Assembly: GCA_002633005.1 (NCBI GenBank)
Contig: NMRA01000933.1
Location: forward strand, 1-64,000
Source: Phoronis australis
Lineage: Eukaryota > Animalia > Phoronida
Direction: 5' to 3'
DNA length: 64,000 nt
Below, one piece after another: positions 12,401-24,400 of the stretch. Made by a program: the position numbers and the translations under genes. The notes under the pieces are model-generated. The model searched no databases and was not told where the DNA came from. It worked only from the letters and a program-made list of their open reading frames with translations. Positions within the stretch are counted from its first letter, which is position 1. The number at the start of each line of letters is the position of its first letter.

Positions 12401-15400
12401 GTATCTAGCCTGACTAGGGTGGGCTGATAAAAATGTAAGTTAAGTTAAGCCAGATATTATCGCACGTTCAGCACCCCTCACGTCTGGAAAAGTTACTGAA
12501 CGACAGGACGCTGTAATGCCATTTTGTTGAGCAGCATCGTTTATCTTTCATGCATGTTGTTCCAACTCACTATTCACTGGCTGCGCCTGGTATGGGTCAC
12601 GGTTATACTTAAGCCTGTAAGTCTTATGCTCACCTACCGGAAAGTGGCACTTCTTTTGGGAATTCCATGTGAAAATATCGGAATTGCGGAATCTGTTGTC
12701 GAGACTATGATCTATGGTTGCAGGAACAACAAAAGAGCAAGAAGCTAGAGGAAAGTGTAAAGAAACTGGACCAATACAAGAGACACACTGATGCCCTCTT
12801 GTATCAAATGATACCGCAAGCGGTGGCCGATAGACTGCGACACGGTGAAAGCGCAGTTCAAACATGCGAGGTATGATAAAATGTTAGCAGCTAGTGCTTG
12901 CCTAGTAACTAGCATAAGACGGTTTTCCCCAAATACAGCACTAATATTTTTTAGTTTGCTCAATCATTTTGAATGTGATAAGATTTTAAAAAGTGGCTTT
13001 GGTTTTCCAAAGAAAGTGGCAATTAAAATTAGTTTTTCTAATGGGTGAAAGTTCTGTCAGACGTCGCTTCATGAAACAGCACGCTCCTGGAAGAACAATT
13101 CGACAGAATTAAGTGCGTCACGGCTAGTAACCTGGAAATGGTCAACGTTTGCGATTAGTGTAACATTTAAATCTTGAAATGGTTTTAAAACAAAAATTAT
13201 GCAAATCTCAATGATTTTTGAATGTCATCCAAATTTCCGTTATCACAGCCTAATATTTATTAGTATGGTGACCTTTTTTTCTCCCATGTTGTCTCCATAG
13301 CACCAATGATTGAGACCATTAGCGTGAACAAAAGGGGGCACTGCATTTGTCCACAACCTTAATAATAGTAATCGTCAGCAATTTCCTGTTCACTTACCAC
13401 TGACAATTTCTGTGTCATTCATTTAGAGGGGACAGCTGCAAAACGGGACTTAATTTCCCTAATTGTAGATTTTATTATTGTTGCCATTGCTTATAAAACT
13501 CAAGAAAATGCTGACGTATTTTAGTGTTTTTCCTGTATACATCGTGTATGAAAACGTGGGATGTTTTCGAATTTAAATGGAAGGCATTGCAATCGGGGGC
13601 GCTTGAGAGTTTCTAATGATTGCCTTTTCCTTGTACCTTTCTCTTTAGAACACAGTCTTCTGTTGACTTTTTGATAAGATAATTTACTGTTCTGCATAGG
13701 ATATTGACAGCCGTAAAAGGCATTCGTACAAATCATATGCGGGCATTTCGAAAACCAGTCGCATCAAATATTCACCTGTTTCGTTTTTGCGCGATATTGA
13801 CCGAAACTACACTAGGTACTCAACTTGAAAGCCGACCTCCCCATTTTCTGAAGCACATATATATACATGTACGACTTCTTTGAAATATGTTGACGAACAT
13901 GTGTAGCTTTGATTTTTTTCACAAACCACAAGACAGATTGAATTTACCTGTTTCCATTAGTATGTAATTCACAATGCACAATGCGTAATGCGATTACATG
14001 ATACGCCTATGAGATACGTCGATCAACATGTTCAGCATAGTTTTTCGATTTACCAGAGTAAAGCCTTGTCTCCTTGCATAATGCACGACGGGTGATGCAT
14101 AAACCCTTAGATAATACGTTTTCTTGTTTTCACATGTCTGCGTAAAATGATGCGTTTGCGAAGACAAATCATTTGACGCGCTTGTTTAAATTTTACTCAA
14201 CAGGTAAAATTCACGGGCCCACAGCAAAACATTTTTTGGCAGTTTCAAGCGGGAAACCTGTCGCTGACGTCAAGAAAACGGAATCAAATATGTGTTTTCA
14301 TTCGTCACGCAATCCATTTCAAGTAAACATTGAACAGATTACGCATTTACGCTTTACGCATTACGGACAAATCGAAGCGTCTCTAATTTCATTTTGCTAT
14401 TTGATTTGATATAAATGCATCACGGATTAGAAATGATTAACTAATGGAGACAAGCTTTTTAAAGCTTGAGAGAAAATGAGAATGTCTTTGGGTGTAATGG
14501 AAGAGAAGGAACCTATTGGTTGATTCTTCAATAAACTGACCTGCGTTTTGTAGACCTACTTCTTTGCGAGGAAAGCAAGAACTCGCAATACTTCGCGAGG
14601 TATCGCTACACATTACAAGCGAAACACGTGATCTCACTACCTTCGTTAGCGAGTTTCTTGCTTCTTCGAAACTCTACTCTGTTTTCTATTCACAGCGTCA
14701 TGTGAAAATTGAAACAAAATACAAATTTTTTTTTGTTTTAATTTTGCGCACTTGATTACCATGGAATGCCTTTTCGAGGAAACAGACGTCATAGTCGATT
14801 TTTGGAACTGACCTTTTGGATGACAGCGCACCCAGGGGGGAGGGGCTCGGAGGGCTCGAACGAGCCCCCCCATTTGGCGGAGTGGGCAAAAAAGTCCGCC
14901 TCAGAGAAACAAAAAATCCTAGAAAAAGAGACAGAAGTCCACAGGAGTTCAGCACGAATGCACAATTCACAGGTCTGAATGTAGTAGCCTTTTTGTATTC
15001 CCCGATTGAGTTTGCAAGAGAAGGTCCACATATTGGAATATTCGAGCCCTCCATATTTTAGGCTTGGTGCGCGCATGTTTTATTATGCGCCCACATATTT
15101 ATATGTGGACGCATTATGCCGTCATCATCGTCCGTCCGTCCGTCCGGCATCCGTCCGACGTCCGTCCGTCCTGCGTTCGGCGTCCACTGCTTTATCTCCA
15201 ATTTCGATTGCTGTGGCGCCTTCTAGTGGCAGTTTTTTTACGCCCATGGCTGTATCTCCTAAATCGTTAGCAGGATCTTTACTAAATTTAGCAGGTGTAT
15301 TTATATGACGTTGATCATGAATGGCGACGACTTATGAACGGATTTGACTACCAGTGTGGCCCCTAGTGGCAATTTTAGTTTTTTACGTTTACCTCTATAT

Positions 15401-18400
15401 CTTCGAAGGTCCTCAACGTATTTTCATAAAATTTGGCATGTAGGCATCTATTAGTAAAATGATGCTATCCTACCGTTTTCAGATGGATTTGACGTAGTTT
15501 GCTGCACCCAGTGGCCATTTTTACCGTTGTTTAGTTTTTTTGGCGTTCAACCCTCTATCAACCAAACCGCTTTAAGGATGATTGTGAAAATTGGCATGTA
15601 TGTTCTTACTACGAAGCTGACCCTGATTTTCCCATGGCTGCAACTACTGTGGCGCCTCCTAGTGGCAGTTGTTGAAAACAGATGACAACAACTTTCGGAC
15701 GGATCTGAGTATCGGTGGACCCCCTAGTGGCAGATTTAGTTTTTTAGGTTGACCTCTTTATCTTCAAAAGTCCTCAACAGATTTTCAGAAGAAATTTTGG
15801 AATACAGGCATCTATTGTTGAGATGATGCTATCCTCCCATTTTGGGATGGAATAGAGGTACTTTGCTCCACCTAGTGGCCATTTTTCCTATTTTCGAGTG
15901 TTTTTCTTGGTGTCCACCCCTCGATAAACCAAACCATTTTAAGGATGATTTAGAAAATTGGCCTATATGTTCTCAGTGTGAAGAAGACGGTTGAAAATAA
16001 CGAATTCGACTACTGTGGCTCCTCCTAGTGGTAGTTTTGTTTAGTTTTGCGCCAATAGATGCATCTCCTAAATACACTGCAGGATCTTTATCAAATTTAG
16101 TAATTGTAATTATATAAAACTAACAACAGACGACGACGTCTTTCAGGCGGATCCAATGAACGCTGTGCCCTATAGTGGTAATTTCATTTTTTCCGTTTTC
16201 CTTTGTTTCTCTAAAGTCCCTGACAGATTTTTATGAAATTTGGCATGTACCCGTTTTCAGATGGGTTGGACGTTTTTGCGCCATCTAGTGGCTATTTTTA
16301 TGAGACAGATTTACATCCCTAGAAGCACACCGTTTGCGGTGCATTCGTGGGCTCATTTCAACGCTCCGCGTTGCTCTTGTTTAATTTGGGATAGGGTATT
16401 CGTGTGAAATTCACTCGAACAGAACAGTAGCTTAAAAAATGCATGGAAAGCCACCACATGTAGGTACCTCTGGATTTTGTCTGAGCCTCACCAGCCAATC
16501 ACTTCTGTTGCCGCCACACAAAACCCAAGTTTACAGAGTCTTTCTAACCGATTGCGACGTGTCATCAAGTGCCGCCTCGTATTTGTGTCATATCTGTGAA
16601 CTCTTTTAAACATCCCATTTTTGCATTCGTCCTTGTCCAGGTCTTCAAGATGGTGACTGTTATGTTCTCAGATGTCGTTGGCTTCGACGATATCTGTAGC
16701 AAAATATCACCCATGGAAGTAGTTTCAATGCTGAACGCAATGTACACGAAATTTGACAAGCTTAGTGAGAGGCATCACGTTTACAAGGTAAGCCGTTAAC
16801 AAATTCCTAAAAAACTCCCCAATGGAAACAGTATCATTCTGGGTTCTTTTATCTCTTGCTAATTTTTAACAATCAAGCAGCAATTGCTATTAAGCCAAAT
16901 TTATCTTCTGTGTTGTAAAATGAAGTCAGTTGTGTCGTTTTCTTACATGGCAAACTTCGAAGTCAAACTTCTTCACCTTAGGTTGAAACAGTGGCCGACT
17001 CTTACATGGTCGTCTCCGGGGCACCTCTCAGGAACAATTCACACGCACAATGCTGCGCCGAAATGGCTTTAGACATGATCGCAATTGCTCCCACCCTCCG
17101 AGAGCCTTCCTCGAGTGGTTTCATGAACATTCGGTGCGGTACGAAAGTCTTTATTATTTGCTGCGGACAATGGTACGAGGAGGACAAATATCGTATATTT
17201 TGGCTTTCGGCTAAGTTTGTCTATTGTGTTCAGTACTTTTCTGTTTCTTGGGTTGGTCACCAAAGCATCATATTTATTCCGTTAGAAACTCTTGTCCATT
17301 GTTATTTTTCTGGGATGGTGATACCCTAGGTTCTTAATCATAAAAAATGAATGAAGACAAAAATGTGCTCTTACGCTCCACATAACAATTTCTGGAAATT
17401 ACTTTAAACTGATTTCAGCAAAGTAATAAAGTATCTTGAGAATGCAGCCATAATGGTTCATTACTGAAAAAGTGTGTACAAATCATTTTCAGGCTGTGTT
17501 GAGCTAATAATCACATGACTTAACCTTTATTTGTCAACGGTGAAATAGGAGCGTAAGATCAGATTTCTGTCTTAAGTTTCAAGTCACTTCTCGTGAAACA
17601 GACCCCTGTATTGCGTCTTTCCCAAAGATATTGAACTGCAAAGAAATTGTCGATATTTATTGGAAGTAGCACGTGTTCCGTTTTAGGCATGCACTCTGGT
17701 CCTGTTGTTGCTGGTGTGGTGGGCCTCAAGATGCCGCGCTACTGTCTGTTCGGGGACACTGTCAACACAGCATCCCGGATGGAGAGCACAGGGGAGGTAA
17801 TCAGTAATCTGGTCTGAGATAGGTTTACAATTGATCGAACAGTAACCTACACATAATGTTGCCAATGTTTTTTGTGTATTCTGTCCATAGTGTAAGTGTT
17901 GTTGACGACCCGTGCTAAACACTCTTCCTGTGTTTCATCTCAAAGCCGTTATCGAATCAACATTATTGGCCATTTTAAACACAGGGAATGAAGATCCACA
18001 TAAGTAACTCGACGGAACAGTTGCTGAACAGCGACTCCAAATACACCACAACGCACAGGGGCTCTGTCGAAGTTAAGGTAAGATCGTGCCAGAGTCTATC
18101 AACCCGAACCTAGCCAGCCATCTAGTTGGGTGTGACTGAACATATGCTGATACAACTTTGTACCAAAGCTGCTAATAACGCTATACTTGACTTTTTAGAC
18201 ACAGCATAATTACCACATTAGGGTAATTATTCTATGAACAGGCACGATTAAAGAAATTCTCACTACCTTTCATAGTATTGCCAGTGGTCGTGCATTATAG
18301 GTTACGGAGAACATCTGACGCCTACTTTCTCTGATATGGTGATTTTTATAAACGCTGCTAGACAAAATGAATGTGTCTAAGTCCATCTCTGTACATCATA

Positions 18401-21400
18401 TGTTTTGCCTTCGTATTGAAACAGGCTTGTTTATTGAAATTACTAAAGCTTTCCGCCCAAGTTTAGTAAAACTTAAAGCCCCGTGCAGCAACATCTTCAA
18501 AGACCATGCTGTTCAGGGTTACCCATTTTGTCTTGCGCCAACGCATTGTCTTTTATCGTGTGCCAGCTGATCAGCTACTAGGTAAAGCTCGAATTTGCGA
18601 ATCCGTCAAGAAAGACAACGGCAAAGAGATTTTTTGTGTGCCCCAATGCTCTATTCAAACGGGAGTGACCATCGGGAAAGGTGAAAGCAAAAGTGTCAAT
18701 GCTGCCCAGCGGAGGGCTCAAGGTAACGAAAGCTTTGGCTGGAGGCCCCTGTGCGATTGCGATCCGCGGTACTGAGATGTGGTCTGCTCCGATCATTTTG
18801 TGAACGGTAAATTTGAGCTCCAATTTCTACCTTGTTCATTAGATAATAATAACTTCTAGACTAGAATGACTACATCCCGAAGGACCAAGGGGTTGAATTA
18901 GTCACTCTTTTTGATTTTTAAGACTATATCAAAGTGTTTAATGCAAGGAATTATTAATAATCTCGAATGCAGCAAGGCTAACTAACACTGCCTAAGCAAG
19001 AGTCGAGTTTCGTTTTTTAGTACTGAACACAGTTTAGTTTGTTTTGAAATTCTGTTGTATTTTCTAGGAAAGAGAAGTAGCAAGATGTGTCCAGCATATT
19101 TTCGTTTTCAAACTTCCAAGTTCCTGTAAACCACCTGCTTTGCTGTTGAAGGAATTAGCCAATACCTCTCCATTGTATGCGAAAACGCGTCGAAACTTAG
19201 TTGAGCCATCAAGCAATGGAAGACCGCTGATAGAAGTTCTAGAAGCAGTTGTTGAGGAACACCCCTTATGACTATATTGTTGGCAAACAAGAGTGTGTTG
19301 TTGGTCTGGTCAAGTATATGTCTGAAATAACGAAGTACATGAACAGACTTGAACACTGCAGGAACATAACACACTCTACAGCACCGCAGAAAGTTTTTGT
19401 GACGATGGAATGAGTGACCGTGGGTCTTGTTAAAAGACCTGAATCTGAAAATGACAACCCTGTTTTCATTTCTTGCAATGTACACTTTGTTGTACGAGTG
19501 GTCATAAAAAGAAGAATTGATTGTATAGTCACTCTTCCACCATGACTTGATATGCGTGCAATTTTGGATTGTTCACACTGCTAGCAGGATGTTCATAAAC
19601 TGGGTCCTTATCCCTAAATTGGTGTATGTGACACCCACACGGGTGTTTCTGAAAGTATCCAGTGCCTAATGAACAGTTTTCAGTTGAAATTCACCAGCCA
19701 ACTCAATTTCGTAGTGTGATTCCACCGCAATCAAAAAACTGTGCACAGCTCATAGTCACCTTCATCATCTGTAGCCTGCACGCGGCCGACATTGTAGTTG
19801 TGGTCCAGGACTGCCAGCTGCATCCTAGCCTGCATCGCTGGGAATGCGAAGTGAAGTCGCTTGGGGGCAAACTTCAGCATTGTAGAATGGAATGACTCCA
19901 GGATGCCCGGAAAACACACACAACATATTGCGTATCAAACAATATTTTAATTACACTATGTACTACTAAATTGTGTAAGGCCAAAAAGCCATAATTGGTT
20001 CTGGTCAGTAACCCGACACATTTTGAAACCTGCGTTCTCAATACCACCTCATTTCAGTTCTGCTTGAAAATACAACCAAAACAAGAAGTCTCATAACACC
20101 ATCGATCACACAAAAACAGAACGGAACCAATTCTGCTTTTTTGGCCTCGTGTTCTGCAAACAAGACATTGCCAGTTTCCAATGCTCACAACAACCTTGAA
20201 ATATGCATACGTGTAAGCCCCACTCAAGTAGTGGGAAGTCGAACACACTAAAGAATGAACAAATGAATGTATTGGAATCTGATATAGTACTTTCGATGGG
20301 AATAAATGAATTTCAGTTTGCACATACCATTGTACATTTAGTGTGCTTGAACTGTGTCATTTGGTGGAGGTCCTTTAGGAGGACTGGAGCAGTAAAAATC
20401 TTTCTCAGAGCCCTGTACGCGGAGGAATCTTCTTGAAGCCACATTGTCAGCCTTTGCTTTTCTTCAGATAGCGGTTCGTGCTGACAAATCTGTAAGTTCC
20501 ATCTTCGTCCTCCCAAGTGTGAATGCCTCGGATGTGATTCAGCATTGACAGCCAAGTTCGCTTCAACTTCTGCAATTGAGTGAATTTCTTATTTACAATT
20601 CATGCAAATGGTCGGACTCCACTATATCGTTTTAAAAAAATTGACGAAAAATGTCTAAATTCGGCTAGTTTCGTCGAAGTTTTGGGGAACCTTGAAAGAA
20701 AACTCCAAAAATAACAGTAAATCACTTAAAAATGAACCGAGATCATTTCCTCAAAAATTGCGCCAATTTTCAGCCTAAAGAGACTTAGTCAACTTTTTTG
20801 AAAGCTAATGTATAAACATACTGTTCTTTTTAGTAATGTAATTGTTGACTAAACAAGCAAAGTGCAGAAATGGACATTTTTAAAAGTTTTATTCAGTCTA
20901 CAATCTAATTACAATGAAATAACCAATGAGATAATAACCACCAATTTCAACAGCTCAACTCTTTAGCCAGGACTGAATAACAAGCAAAATACCCAATCTG
21001 GCACACTATTTTTGGATGCTTCTTCAAAATTCCAAAGAGCATGTGACCCCAGTGTTTATAAATTTATTAGAAAACACAACTCACTTAGTGTGAAAACATG
21101 TCACTGAAGGTCTGACACAGCTGTACTATCCTGCCCTGTGAGAACGGTTTAATAAGACTTATAGGCCACACCTCCCTACTTGACTAAAAGTCTGAAAAGC
21201 AGTTATCCACTGAATAACTGTAGTCTTGCTATTCTGTGAAAAACGACTGTCGGATCTCCAGTTGAAACAAGGCATATACGAATGCAACCGATTATTATAT
21301 TTTTTACTAAACAGCAACATTTTCTGGAAGGAAATGAAAGTTATCATATGGTTACTTGTAAAAAATATTCCTTGACAACAAGTTGTCATGTGTTGCAGCA

Positions 21401-24400
21401 TGCCATTCAATACCTAATGATCTGAGAGTAGCCGTTGTGTTTGATGTTCCTAAAAATATGTGGAATACTTACATCTGCATCACCTCCGCATGAAAAAGAG
21501 CTGTACCAGAGGTGGTGTGTGATGCTTTTCGTCCATTTTAGCAGAAGCTGGTTCCCACTTTTCCGTACACCAGCATTGACTTTTTTCTTTGTGCCTAAAA
21601 CAAAATAAGAAAAATTAGTAAACAAGGGCTAGAGTGAACTGTATTGAGTAAAATTGGCAAATACATGTAAAAATGGTGATCAATTTTTGATTTTACAAAG
21701 GAGAAAGATGAAGAAATGTAGCAAAGAATACCCCATGAACTGAACTGCATATAGCAAGAAATAGCAATAAGAAACAGTTACTATAACTCAATAAACTGTA
21801 CACCAACAGAAAATGAACAATGGAGCAGATACTACTGGAATGTGTTCATGACAGTTTGTCAGGGTTTATTAGCTTAGGAATTTCTATGAACATATTCAGT
21901 TTTAAACTTATCTGTTATTAAGTGGAGACAAAATTCTGCAGCCATCTATTTACTTCTTTATGCAATAGTTATGACTTCATTACAGTTGTTTATGCGTCAT
22001 TTCCTTGTTTTCTATACATTTCATATATCCTCTATTATGTTAAATGTTTACAGGACTTAGTGACACTGATAACCTATTGTATTGTATTGTACATGCCTGT
22101 AGCAGCTCATTCTATAATTCAAGACACCTGGCTCTAATGTTAGTCTTGACTTGTATGTACAAACATCCCAGCCCAAGCTTCTCCCTCACTGAAGACTAAT
22201 CTGGATTTCATTACAACACCTAAGCTGGATTGCATAAAACTTCAAAATTAGTTTGAGTGGATGTCATTGTTCCTATAGGACATATAACTTTTATGCAACT
22301 GGACCCTGGTCTATTGTCATAAATACCTTTGTAGTGACTGCATTGTTTTCATTTGAGTTACTCTAAACAATGCACACAAGCATTTCAACACCATAGGCTT
22401 GTTATAATGTATGAGGTTATTATTCGAAAAAAACTTTGAATGTCAAAAATATCCACATAGGTAACTTGATGTACAATGACCAAACACCTAAATCAACCAC
22501 TTCAATGGAAATGTGTTGAAAAAAAAGAACAAAACTGCCCACTATTATTGTGACCAATTGTCTAATAAGCAACAGTTACCACAATAGAACTGTAGGGCTG
22601 CAACTACAACTTTGAATTCAAGATGCAGGTCAGAAGACATTCACGAATTTTAAATGACACCAAGTTCTGAGATAAATTTGCACTACCACTATGGGCACAT
22701 TTCAAATTAGACTGGACAGGGACCTGTCATTGAATATCATCAGAAAACCCAACACAAAAATACTTTTCAGCAATGACACAAAACCCATTTTTCCAAAGCA
22801 ACCATGTGATAGGAAATAAAATTTGACAAAGAAAACCTTTAACATATCTTAGATACATGCTACAAATTACTAGCAACATGCCCCGATTAAAAAATTGCCC
22901 TAACTGGAAAACAATGCCAAGGACCTGCAGGTTACTTGTTATATAACAGTAGCCAAAAATGCAAACAATTTTCATCCCTTCAGAACATACCTTTGCATAC
23001 ATGCCAGCAGTCAAACTGATGAGCTTACTCGGGATAGTCATTCTTCATCTTCTTCCGAAGGGAAGGGGACCTGTCCGTGGTGACTGAGGCAATCTGTAGA
23101 CCATGGTCAAGCAGTCGCTCCATGCAGCGGACAAAACCATCACGTTCCATGACTGGTGATGATGTCGACTCTGTCACCTGTAGTAACAACAATATATTTA
23201 CTGACTGACTAAACATCATCTACACATTAAAGTAAAACAGTGTGACACTGCAGCGCAGTGGACCTCCGGCATACCACGGACAGAGGAACAACTGTCCCAG
23301 TTGCCAGAGTGTCCCGCGACACACTCCCACTGGATGGTCACCTGATCACCCAAACTGCTTACATCGTGTCGTGTGACTCCCTCGCCACACACCTGGCACC
23401 TTCTAAATAGCTCCAACACTTTAGACAAGTCCACAATAAACTTATCAAAGTTTGGCTCACGGAACTGTTCACTGGATGACGAACTGTCCTCTTCACTGGG
23501 TGTCGAACTGGGCTTGTAATAACTCCCACTACTCGATATCGCTGCAGGGCTGCTTAGAGGCTCTGGGCTGGAGACAACAGCACAGGGCGAATCACTACTG
23601 GTTCCCGGAATTGCACGCTCTGGGGTACGTTTGGAGGCACGGGTGACAGTAGATGAAGTGCCTCCACTTGCCCCAGTCATTGTACTGGCCACAGCTCGCT
23701 AGGCTTCTCGCTTCGAAAACGCACTTCTCGGGGTTGGCAACGGGGCACTGCCGGTAATCAACACAGACGGAATGGCACTCTTCTTCAGGCGTTGTTTCGC
23801 AGGGACCTTCGTCAGTTCAGCATGCAAATCTATTTCATAATCGTACGGCAGAAAGTGCTAGCCACACACTCGGTAATTCTCCACTGCTTTGTAAGTTGCG
23901 TGGACGGGTAACGCTGCATTCTTCACACGAACGAGCCAAGTACGGCGAAGTGTTTCATCCTTCGGGAAGCGATGCAAAGGTACTCCCAAAGCGCGCGTGA
24001 CACGATAATTAGTACATCGCGGTACGCAGCAACAGTGTGGCATGTTGACTGACTGGTAAATGAAAGCAAACGACGACGGAACTAACACAACTGAGGTAGA
24101 ACAATGACTGACTCAGCAGCTCTCACAGTCAGACTATATGAAAAGAATTTGGCGCGAAATGCATGCCTCCCAAAACGTCACTTCCGGAGTAGCAGACGAG
24201 TAATTAATCAAATTACGAAAAGCTGTAATTAAGTGGAAAATATGTCTAAGATAACCAACCAACCTTATTTTAGCTCAAAATGACATGAAAAAAGGTTGCC
24301 TTCGCCTTTAAGGCGTCTGAAACAATCTCGCTAGTTCGGATGCACACTGAAAGAGCGAGGCAAAGGATTTACTCTTATGGTATTGCTGGCGGTAAAGTTT

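Larger units (their letters stand above)
18477..24307 (-). mobile_element. Degenerate Kolobok-type DNA transposon (or two fused elements) in the last sGC intron
   Basis: TTAA at 18473-18476 and 24308-24311, with termini AGCCCCGTGCAGC and (reverse complement) AGGCGAAGGCAAC, only a weak TIR match; contains the THAP-DDE pseudogene below. The right end is more secure than the left. Confidence 0.65.
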
